A DNA stretch of 53,228 nt, from assembly GCA_018398765.1 (NCBI GenBank), contig JAHBMJ010000235.1:1-53228 (forward strand), in the 5' to 3' direction. This document shows, one piece after another, positions 42,575 to 53,228 of this stretch. Source of the DNA: Chromera velia. Taxonomy: Eukaryota. Under the pieces are notes generated by a model. The model did no database searches, had not been told where the DNA came from, and was given only the letters and a program-made list of their open reading frames with translations. A program made the position numbers and the translations under genes. How positions within the stretch are numbered: the stretch's first letter is position 1; each line of letters starts with the position of its first letter.

Positions 42575-44275
42575 ATGCCGTCGCTGGTAAACACAGACGA
42601 TCTAAAGTACCGGGCATTTCTGGGGGGAGACGAGGTATTCCCAGGTGTGGCCTTTGGGGATCCTTTGAGAGACGCAAACACCGGAGAGATTTTGTACTCC
42701 GAGCAGCACGCAAACACGCCAAAAGAGATAGACCTTGCTTGTCAAAATGCACGAGAGGAGTTTCTCTCCGGGAAGTGGAATTGCGCCTTCATGAAAGCGC
42801 AGAAGGCAGCAGTTTTTAGAAAAGCGAGCGAGACTTTGGTAAGCATGCCTGTGAGTAGACGGCAATTGCATGCTGGTCGGGTGCTGAGCCCCCGCATTTG
42901 ATTTATTCTTCTGCTTGCAGGAAAGCTTACAAGAACGCATCGCTCGAGTTGATGCCATTCAAAGTGGGGTCGTCATCTCTGTGACAAGAGAGATCGCGAA
43001 GTTCCTCCAGGGCGTCCTTGAAGAAGCCGCGATGAAGGTCAGACACTTGTCACTCGCTGAGAGATGCATTCAGATACCCATAGGAGAAAACGAAGGGCAG
43101 CGATGCGCAAGACAAAAATTCAGTGACAAATTGAAGTGTAAAAGCTACCCGAACTCTTTGCCTAGTTTTGCCTAAATCCTTTCCCTCGCCCCTCGATCAC
43201 TTGCTATATGCTTTGCAGATAGAAGGGGGCTTCCCGGAAGCGCGCGAGTCGGAAGGTCGGTCAGTCTGTCGGTCAGCCTGGCGGCTCCACTTCTACACTG
43301 ACATGGCTCTGCTTGTGTGACAGGATCCCCAGTGCATCGGGGATAAAAAGGTTTGGAAAAAAAATCCGGGAAGGCTCGCGTTGAGTGTATAGAGATAGCC
43401 ACCCTTTCTCCTCTCTTTTGACCACCGCTTCTGTGCCCACATGACATGCCGTATGCAGTCACGGGGGATGAGGAAGACCAGGGCACATCCCCTGTTTCAT
43501 CCGGAGAGGAAAAGGACTCCTCCCCTTCCAGTGCAGCAAAAGAAGCAGAGAAGACAAAGACGAAGAAGAAGATCATATCACAGCCCCACCCACGAGGTGT
43601 GACGGTGGTGCTTGCGCCCTGGAACGCGCCTGCAGGAAGCGCCCTTCCAAAGATTGCGGGGGCTCTGGTGTGCGGCTGTCCAGTCATTCTGAAGCCTTCG
43701 CCCTGGGCCCCCTTCTCTCTGCAGCTGGTTGTGAAGTCGCTGCTTGACGCTGGCCTTCCTCCGGGCATGCTTCAGCTTCTGCACGGTGGGTCTGAAAGAG
43801 TCGGGTGCTGCTTGAGGGGCTCAGTCGAATGGGTGGACGAAGCAATAAAAGGAACAGGGAGGCAAATGGGAGGTGTTTCGAATGGTTTCTGTTTTCCCTT
43901 CCTTCCTGTTTCTCTTTGTTGGTGTCATCGAGATGGTCTGCATGGCGTCCTCTGATTTTCGTCTGGTGTGTGTGCATGCATGCGTCTCTATTTGCAGGGG
44001 GTCCGCAGGAGGGACAGATGATGGTGAGCAATCCTGCAGTCTCAGTGGTGGTCCTCACAGGTACGTGGGAGCGAGGGAAAGAGAAAGAGAGCCAGAGTAG
44101 AACTCTCGGGGGTACGCTTCAGAATCGGCACCTGCCTTCCAATACGACCATCATTGTCCTTGCTCAGCCGCTTCATACTTTCGTTGCGTACCTCTCACGC
44201 TGTGTCTGTCCTCTCTGGTCCTTCTGTCGGCCTGTCGCTCTGTCGGTCTGGACGCCTGTCCTGCCTGAGCACACA

Positions 44276-44310
<35 letters not shown>

Positions 44311-44324
44311 CGTGTGTGTGTGTG

Positions 44325-44363
<39 letters not shown>

Positions 44364-44398
44364 CTGTCCGTCTGTCTGTCCGTCCGTCCGTCCGTCCG

Positions 44399-44475
<77 letters not shown>

Positions 44476-45611
44476 GAGTGATTTCCGTCTCCCTCTAAAA
44501 TACTGTTTGTGTGTATTTGGGTCCGTCTCTGTACATTCTACATGTCTCTGCACCTGTGTGCAGGCGGTCGTGAGGCAGCCATGAGCGTCCGGCAGTCCGT
44601 GGTGACTCGTCCGGTGTGCTGTCTGATTGAGTCGGGGGGCTCCAATTCCCTCATTGTCTGTAGAGATGCCGATATTGACGTTGCAGTGGGGGGGGCGTTG
44701 GCGGGGTTGACCCTACTCAACGGACAGTGGTGCGCAGGGGCCAGCAGACTGTTGGTTCATGAAGCGGTTTACGCGGAGTTTGAAGCGAAACTTCGGAAGG
44801 CCCTCAGGGAGATGCGGTTGGGAAGCTCGATGAACCCCCAGACAGATATGGGGCCTCTTGGAAATGCATGCATCCTTGACGGGTTGAAGGTTTGTCGGTT
44901 AAGGGTCCATGAGGGGAATCTTGAGCAGGGCCACCTTGTCTAGCTGAGAAAGTCTGTTCTTTCTCTCCAATCATTTTTTTCCACATCCCTGCTTTCCACC
45001 CTTCCTTTCCTCCCTCCCTCCTCCCTCCCTCTCTCACACGGTTTGCCTCTTTGTTCCTCGTATTTTACTCTCTCTGGTTTTCACTCTCGTCCACACCTCC
45101 TTGGTTACCATCTTTATGCTTTCAGCAGTCCTTGTCTCCCTTTCCTGAAAACACTCACACTGGCATGCATGGGTCGACCGTCTCTGCAGAACCTGGTGGG
45201 AAGCACAAAGGAGAGGTTCCCAGAGGCCGAGGACATCAATGAGGGGGAAACCGAAGTGTCGGGTCTCTCTGGGGCCACGGCACAGGCAGGCGCCGAGGCC
45301 CCCATTTTCCCTCGAGGCGAAGAAAAGGAACAGAAGGAGAAGGAGGGGCCCAAAGATGGTCCTGCCCTCTCTGTGTGTGGATCTGTCAAGGCCCCCCCTT
45401 CCACTTTGAGTGAGAGGGTGCGCGCTTTCCATCTTCACTTAGACCACCACCTGCATGGCCTGTTTGACGCGGCTAGACACCGGAGACAGAAAAGCCATGG
45501 GGAATCTCCGCAAGCCGACACGCCCCAGAGTTGTGATTCAGAGTCAGTTAGCATCAGGGGGAGGTTCCTTGTTTCCTTTCTTTCTTTCCTTCCTGTTTTT
45601 TTTCCTTCCGG

Positions 45612-45642
<31 letters not shown>

Positions 45643-45744
45643 TTTGGCTTTCTTTCTTTCTTTCTTTTTGGCTTTCTTTCTTTCTTTCTTTCTTTCTTTC
45701 TCTCTCTCTTTCTTTCTTTCTTTCTTTTCTTTCTTTTCTTCCTG

Positions 45745-45775
<31 letters not shown>

Positions 45776-45924
45776 CTCTCTCTCTCTCTCTCTCTCTTTG
45801 TCCGTCTTGTTTTTTTTTTTTTCTTTTCTTCCTGTCTTTCTTTCTTTCTTTCTTTCTTTCTTTCCTTCTTTCTGTCTTTCTTTCTGTCTTTCTGTCTTTC
45901 TTTCTTTCTTTCTTTCTTTCCTTC

Positions 45925-45956
<32 letters not shown>

Positions 45957-45978
45957 TCTCTCTCTCTCTCTCTCTCTT

Positions 45979-46014
<36 letters not shown>

Positions 46015-46062
46015 TTTCTTTTTTTCTTTCTTTCTTTCCTTCCTCCCTTCCTTCCTTCCTGA

Positions 46063-46093
<31 letters not shown>

Positions 46094-46211
46094 TCCTTCT
46101 TTCTGTCTTTCTTTCTGTCTTTCTTTCTTTCTTTCTTTCTTTCTTTCCTTTCTTTCTTTCTTTCTTTCGTCCTTTCTTTCTTTCTTTCTTTCTTTCTTTT
46201 CTTTCTTTCTT

Positions 46212-46293
<82 letters not shown>

Positions 46294-47577
46294 TTTCTTT
46301 TTTTCTTTCTTTCTTTCTTTCTTTCTTTCCTTCCTTCCTTCCTTCCTGACTTTCTTTCTTTCTTTCTTTCTTTCTTTCCTTCCTGACTTTCTTTCTTTCT
46401 TTCTTTCCTGACTTTCTTTCTTTCTTTCTTTCTTTCTCTCTTTCTTTCCTGACTTTCTTTCTTCCTTTGTCTCGCTTTGTCTCGGTCGTTCGATCCTTCG
46501 GTCTCTCTGTCTTTCTGTATGCCTCGTGATCTGTCTATATATGCATCTTCTCTTCTTTTATGCAAGAGAATGAATCCCTTTGCCCGCACTCTCATTTCTC
46601 TTCATTCGGTCCTGTGTTTGATCAAGGAATGAAGCCACGCAAACGTGGCCGTCTCGTTTTCGCATTCAGAGACCTCTCTCTCCATTGCCTTCTGTCCTCA
46701 TCTTTCTTCTGCAGACTGCGCGATGTCGGCGCAGGTGAGGGTGCCCTCTTCTTCAGACCTGCCGTGCTGAAGGGCCTTCCTCTCGAAGTCTTCGCACAGA
46801 GAGAGGTGTTCGGTCCCGTCGCCTCTCTGCACAAGTGGGGTGGGGACTCTGAGGGGGAGATTGAGGAGGAGAACAAAGTCGTGCAGGCTGTGAACGGAGT
46901 GGATGCGGCACTGCAGGTGCGTTTAGAGTTTTTTAGGGCGGGCGAGGAGGCAGTCTGATCGAAGTGGCGTTTGAGAAGTGGTCTTTCGGCAGTCGGCACC
47001 TTTTGGTGTTCGTGACGGAACTTGGCCTCTCCGGCCTGTTTTTCCCTTGGTTGTCGGATCATCCCCCTTCTTGGGTGTCTGCTGACGTACGTTCTTCTTC
47101 TGAATCATTATGCAGCACTACGTGTTCACCCAGAGTTCCGAGACATCGAGGCGGATTGCAAGGAAGCTGAGGTGCGGTCTGGTGCAGGTGAACATGGCGG
47201 CTCCTGGATTCCCTGCTGGTGGGCTATCTTGCATTCATGCATACATGCATGCATCAACACGCCTTGCTATGTGCTTTATGGGGATGTTCCCGCTTGGGTT
47301 TGTTGTGTTCTTTTTATGCAGGGCTGGAGTGTGAGACTGCGGCGCTTTAAGTGCTCGTAAATTTCTCTTTACGCAGTTTTTCTGCGTGTGCGGTGGTGGC
47401 AAAACTGAAAAGAAATGAGGATGTGACTTTTTTCATTGGTAGGTGATTTTGGCGGTCTGCGTTCTTGGGTCGATCCTGTCTGCAGAAAGTCCCCCGAGGT
47501 GGTCGTACTTCGGCCTGGCGGGCTGTGGGGAGGAGGGGAACTTCGAGGAGACTGCGAGTCAATTCCTTCTCTGGCAG
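42575..47577 (+). CDS. NAD(P)-dependent aldehyde dehydrogenase, at least 10 exons; last exon (~47780-48048) unresolved
   Basis: Exons 42575-42850, 42921-43037, 43219-43255, 43459-43785, 43998-44060, 44564-44889, 45190-~45415, ~46715-46916, 47117-47218 and 47486-47577. Motifs: [17 protein letters not shown], catalytic IESGGSN and NGQWCAG, EVFGPV. Confidence 0.9.
44275..44475. repeat. Intronic (GTCT)n/(GTCC)n/(GT)n microsatellite
   Basis: Directly visible. Confidence 0.95.
45570..46460. repeat. ~0.9-kb intronic polypyrimidine (TTTC)n/(TC)n tract
   Basis: Directly visible, with higher-order duplicated blocks. Confidence 0.95.
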
Positions 47578-48594
47578 GTCGGTCGGTCGGTCGGTCAGTG
47601 CTTTGTTCGGATTTGGTGGCTCTCTTGTGTGCCGTTACGAAAGTTTCGTCGAACGTCTGCCAGTGCGCGCAATCATCGACGTTGTCTCGCGGATGTGTTT
47701 TGAGAAAATGAGAGCAGGAGGGGACTCGGCCCATCGTAGGTAGACGGATAAAGACGAAGTGGACTTTCATCATTCAGACAAGGCGTCGCCATTCAGACTC
47801 TAGGGCGTGCTTTCCAAAGTTCAAATTTGAACAGCGACGGGGAGTATGGCACCCCCACTCCTCCCATTGCGGGAGGGGGCCGGAAAATTTTCTTTGATAA
47901 GGATCCCTTACCTCTCCTACTTGATCTTCAGAAATCAGGGGGGAGTATGTTTATTTGTATTGACGGCTGTGCGTCTCAAGATGAAGTGATAGTGTACTTC
48001 ATTTTGGTTCTTTTCATCGATTGCGTGCAGACGCTGGGCCCCTGTTGACTGCATGGTCTAACGGATCGATGCAATTAGAGCACATTTCTGTTTTTAATTC
48101 CCCTCGCACTCAGCTGCGGAGGCCAACACAGCCGTTTCATCTCTTTTGCAGCAATCCTTCAGGTTACCTTGTGTCAGTTATCAGACTGGCAGATACTGGC
48201 AGATGTGTGCCGCGTTAGGATGTGTAAGGATATCTCTAAGCGTGATTTGTACATGGAGACACACACTCAGTTTGCAAAAAAAAAATCAAAAATATAGATT
48301 TTTTTATGATATCTATAAAAATAAAAGTGTTACTAGAAGTGTCATTCATTATGGGAATTCGGTTCATTCTAGGCTTTGCAAGTTTGCATTGATGATGATG
48401 ATGATGATGTATGGGGTTAAAGCCGGTGAGCCGTATAGACTCTGGCCAACCTAGTATGTCCTGCATAGAATACGATAGATTCAATCCTTCGACCTAGGCC
48501 CCACTGGGGCATTTGTATGGATCAAAGCCTAGCAAGGGCAGAAATGGAAATGGAAACGGAGGGTGGCTCCACCCCCATGCAACCAGGGTTAAAA

Positions 48595-50614
48595 CTAGGG
48601 GTAATTTTCAAAAAAAAAAAAACTGGGCGTGGAGCATGATAAATAAAATAAAAAACTCATAAATAAAATATGTTTAAAATGACCATAAATAATATCTAGT
48701 AAAGCCAACTTCATTCATTCATTCATTCATTCATTCATTCATTTGTTTTATTTGGTCTTTAGGGGGGGCGGCGGTTGATGATTCCGTGCACCAGACTCCA
48801 TGAAAACCCCATCAAAAATTCAAACTATTTTTTTACTCATTTTTGAGCACCAAATTAGCCAAAAAAAAAGAAAAAAAAAATACATATACTATGATACGCT
48901 ACAATATCTTTTCACATCAGTTGAATAAAATTTAAAAAGTATCTGATTTTAATTCTTTATACGACTCGACATTTATCTGGTGCTTCTTCGAGAACTTATA
49001 GAACAGAGAGACACACCTCCGCCCATCCTCCAACTACGGCCTGATTTCTTCTTTATGCCACCCCCAAGATGTTTTTAAACTTCGTTTCTTCAACATCCTG
49101 AACCAATAATGCAAAGGATGCTGATTCTGTTCCCTTTTCATAAAGAGACACTTGAAGTGATCGAATCTTCCAGTCTTTGTGTTTCACGTCTTTAGTGACT
49201 GCCGAAGTGAAACGTCTTCCTGTTTGAGAGAAGTGGTCAGAGATGTTTTTCGATGCCTTTTCCTATTTCAGATACAAGTGGGAATTGGGAGACTATGCAG
49301 CTGTGGGAGCTGCCACCAAGACCACTGTTCTCGTCTTCGCTGAACACCAGACAAGTGGTGCACCTCTGGTAGAGGTATGATATTATGTTTTTGATCAGCC
49401 AAACCTGTTAGTTGTGTGATATTATGCCTGCAGTGTAGTTAGTGTGCATGCTCTGTCCAAAAACGAAGGAGCTGATGACAGAAATCAGTGAATATATGCT
49501 AGAATATATGCAAGGACGTGCCGTTATATCCGAATGGGATTTCATTGAGGATAAACAAAGGGGTGCATAAAAATAAACAGCAAAAAGGAGATATAGACTG
49601 AAGTCTTTTATTTAATTACTAGGATAGTTATTTAAAAAAGAGTTGCATTAGTGTGCTTCGGTGTGCTTTTAGCTAGGCTACAAAAAAATACCTCCCTGAC
49701 ACTACAAGCCACTTCAAATTTTTTCGCCTATTTTTTGAAAGTCTGCGCCACAGGCGTGCATTATATCTTAAAAATCTACGCCGTATGCGTAGACTATGTT
49801 TTGAAAGTCTGTGCCGCAAGTGCGGACTATATATATCTTCAATCTGAGCTTAATTTAAAGATTTCAACTTAATCTCAAGATAATATACTTTATGTTATAA
49901 TGGTTTGCAACATAGCGTATTGATGGCCTCCTTTGATCACCTTACATGGCTCGTGGGGCTGCTAAGAGCTATATTCTGAGTCGCTTTTGCGGACGACTTA
50001 ATTGGCCACACCACAGGTGTGGATGAACTTAATAAGCCGTGCCGCTGATGCAGATGAACTTGAATGTTCTGCTTTCAAGTGGCTCGTATAGTATTAAGGA
50101 GGTGCAAAAAAAAACTTTTATGTATATTTCAATTTGACAGCTTTAAATTTATAAATACAGCTCTAATAAATTTTATGTCAAACAATAGAACGAATTAATC
50201 TAAATAAAACGAAATAAAATTTAATAAAAAATAAAATCGAAATTATGATTAATTCAAAATAAAATTCATTTTATTTATCATATTTCACGCCCAGAAACAA
50301 AAAAATTTAGTCATTTTCACTTTTTTGTTTTTTGTTTTTTTTCTGATGTCAGATTAAAAAACATGTTGTTTAAGTTAGTTTAAGTGTTGTTGATGTGTTG
50401 AACGAATTAACAAGTGTGGTTTAAGTATTGTTATACTATTGTTTCTTTGTTATAATAATAAATGAATGTTGTTATACTGTTATGCAAGTGTTGTTTTTAT
50501 GTTGCAAGGTGTTACATATGCTTGTGATGTCTTGATGGAGGTCATCATCGAAAAGTAAAAAAAAAAAAATTGTCCTGAAGAGCGTATTTTTTTTTTTTTC
50601 AAAATTACCCCTAG
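48595..50614. mobile_element. ~2-kb non-autonomous TIR DNA element, superfamily unclear
   Basis: Terminal IR CTAGGGGTAATTTT followed by a poly-A run. A second inner IR, CTGGGCGTG..ATGATAAATAAAAT, lies at ~48623-48649 and ~50268-50294. TSD is either GGTTAAAA/GATTAAAA (7/8) or TA. Confidence 0.7.
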
Positions 50615-50974
50615 GATTAAAATTCCCCTGCATCGGAACCTAGATCGGAATGGACTTGCAGTGGCAGGGGAAATGACCAAAAAGGGAGACACTATATATA
50701 CATCAGTGGGTTAACTCATTTTTAATTATTCTTATATAATCAAAAACCATTATTTTCCAATAGTGACTATTGATTTCCGATAATCATTATTGGCTTGCAA
50801 TGGCTGCAACATTAAAAATATGCAAAATGAACTTTTCATATCATATAATCAAAGTTGTTTTTTGACTTGTTTTAAAACTTAGTCTATCCTTTGTTTGACA
50901 AAAAAAATGATAATTGTAAGAGCTAGCAACTAGAAGAGCAATCTCTATATCAAAATTATGAAATGAATAATGAT

Positions 50975-51704
50975 TAGGGATGGCTATCGTATCGATATCG
51001 ATCGATATCGATAAATATTGTATCGTATCAATATCGTTTGACCTCTAAAAAATGCTATATTGTCAATATCTTCGATGTTGACATAAAATTTTGAACGTAC
51101 GAGCCTAAAACCTAGTGTAAACGGTATCATTTGACATTCCCTAATCCTCAAAATTTTAGAAAATTTTTTTAAAACGTAAAATTCATTGAGAAACTAGTAA
51201 AAAAATATGTAGGGCTTCAAACTATAAGGGGGGCTTCGCCCCTCTTCTCCCCCCCCTCATATAAATATTTTGACAACATACTGGAATACACATGTCCCCA
51301 AAATTTCCGGGGGGGCCGACTCAGGGCTTTAGTGAGGACCTCATAAGGATGAAGATTGGCCATTCTGTTTTCACGGACTTGACCTTACTCATAAAATCCA
51401 TCAAAAAAGTGAACATGGCTCAGCTATAAACCTCTTCCCATGCATGGGCATGCAGGCGCCAGGCGGTCGGTTTTGACTTTTTTTCTTGCAGCATGTATGG
51501 CCAAAGCCAGTTGAGGACATGCACAAGGATCCCGTGGTGGTCATGCAACGCGCAGGCCTGTATGCGTGGCATATCTCGCCAGTGGCATACACGAGGACCT
51601 AGGACTCATGATAGAAGACCCTAAGACGGACATCAATATATCGAATCGATATTTCCTAGATATCGATATGGTATTTTTTAATATTGATACGATAGCCATC
51701 CCTA
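50975..51704. mobile_element. hAT-type (Ac-like TAGGGATG) MITE
   Basis: TIR TAGGGATGGCTATCGTATC with 8-bp TSD ATAATGAT (50967-50974, 51705-51712) and subterminal ATCGAT/GATATC repeats. Confidence 0.94.
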
Positions 51705-53039
51705 ATAATGATTATTGTCATTGTTATTATGAATGAAAATATGACTAATGATTATAAAAAATTGATAATCATTATTAAAATTTATAATGATTACTTGCTT
51801 TACCATTGAGTTAACACATTAATGTATATTAAAAAATCTTTTCAAGAAAAAATATAGGAAAAAATCGTCTTGATTTTTTTTCTATTTTTCTTTAAGGATT
51901 TTTATAGTGCAAAGCCTGTATATAGGGTTCCATTTAATAAATCACTGAGGATATATCAATTAATTTATATCATGACTCATGATTATGATGTTGGTACTTT
52001 ATAGGACCATAGCACTTAACCTCATCGTTATCTACCTACATGCTAGCCTGCATGTATGTTTATCAATACATATTTTTTTAGCCCAAAAGTACAGTTTAGA
52101 GGATAATAACTTGTATTTACAGTTTCTTCTCTTTTAAATTCTTCGCTTTCTCGATCTTAATTACAAAAGAGCTAAGCATGGTAAGCGTATCTCTCTTCTA
52201 CTCTCAGATGGAGAGAATCTCTTCGCATGCCAAAAATAAGGAGAAACAAGTCGATCAGTTCAGGTGCCTTGGAAATCCTTTTGCACACCAAAATCCAACC
52301 GCCTCCCCCGCCCACCCCATCAGACACACAGGAGATGGAGAGGGAAATAAAAAAATAAATGAAAGACAGTGTCACTGCACAAATCATTATGGTTTTCAAT
52401 CAAGCAAGGTGGCTTTTTGATTTTGACCGGAACACACAAACTACAAAGAAACAAAGGAGTAACAAATAAAGAAGCCATCAAGCAATCAATCAAAGACAAA
52501 AGAAAAAAAGAAGAAATCGATCGTCTGAGAACGTAGTATAAAGTAATTCTCCTCTCTGTACATATGCACTTGCATGCCAACCTCGAAGGCCCAACGTTTC
52601 AACTTATTTTATTGCATTTAGAATTTGCTTTGTATATGTGGTGATCCCGACAGAAAAAAAATGAAATGCGACAGGTCGTTCATCTCTCTTTCTGGCACAT
52701 ACAGACTCATGCACACAAATAAACAAACAAAGAAAGAAAAAAATTAAAACAGTGGGAAAACTTTTGTAAAAGAAGCGTGATTCAGCAGCCTCTTTTCAAG
52801 ATTTTGAATTAATGACAGAATCGGGTGAAAAAAAGAAGGAAGCAGGTCTTTCAAAAAATGTTTTTTTCTTTTTCGTGCTTCCTCAAATAGATACACAAAA
52901 AAGGAAGGGGGAAGGGAAGAGGGGGAGATCTCATTTGGAGATGCAGTCACTGTGAATCCATATCGGACCATTACGAGCTCTCGCAAACGAAGATCAATTT
53001 GGAAAAACACAAATTGAACAGCTTTTAAATTGTTGATAA

Positions 53040-53164
53040 ATGAATGAATGAATGAATGAATGAATGAATAAATGAATGAATGAATGAGTAGGTAAGCGAG
53101 TGAGTGAATGAGTATGTGAGTCAATCACTTAGACAGTCAGTAGTTTTTAAGTGACTCTCTCTTC

Positions 53165-53228
<64 letters not shown>
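53040..53228. repeat. (TGAA)n and (CT)n microsatellites
   Basis: Directly visible. Confidence 0.95.

Noticed and set aside
52172..53124. Possible minus-strand terminal exons of a gene beyond the window
   Set aside because: Microsatellite context suggests introns, but no convincing splice sites or homology were found.

Overview
Eukaryotic genomic DNA: intron-rich GC-rich genes, microsatellite-filled introns, AT-rich MITE-packed intergenic regions, and one 305-nt N gap. The style and bipartite plastid-type leaders suggest a chromerid alveolate such as Chromera, which is inference only. Mobile DNA: (1) a full-length, nonsense-inactivated chromodomain Ty3/Gypsy LTR retrotransposon (2132-8815, minus, AATAC TSD). 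It interrupts a small HNH-endonuclease-like ORF, which sits inside a 22-bp inverted-repeat-bounded ~1.5-kb unit. (2) A 5'-truncated LINE RT. (3) Five MITEs with clear TIRs and TSDs, plus one larger TIR element. Genes, with exons assembled by hand from GT-AG sites: a DUF3605/Gig1-like protein, an NADPH alkenal/prostaglandin-reductase-family oxidoreductase, a probably plastid-targeted kynurenine/glutamine aminotransferase, an unusual MYND-finger + RPA32-like locus with a candidate -1 frameshift, a CCCH/FGKH-motif acidic protein, a decayed signal-peptide gene, a VWA + RING/IBR protein resembling mimivirus R811, and an aldehyde dehydrogenase. No rRNA, tRNA or CRISPR array was seen. Family assignments come from motif recognition, not database searches.
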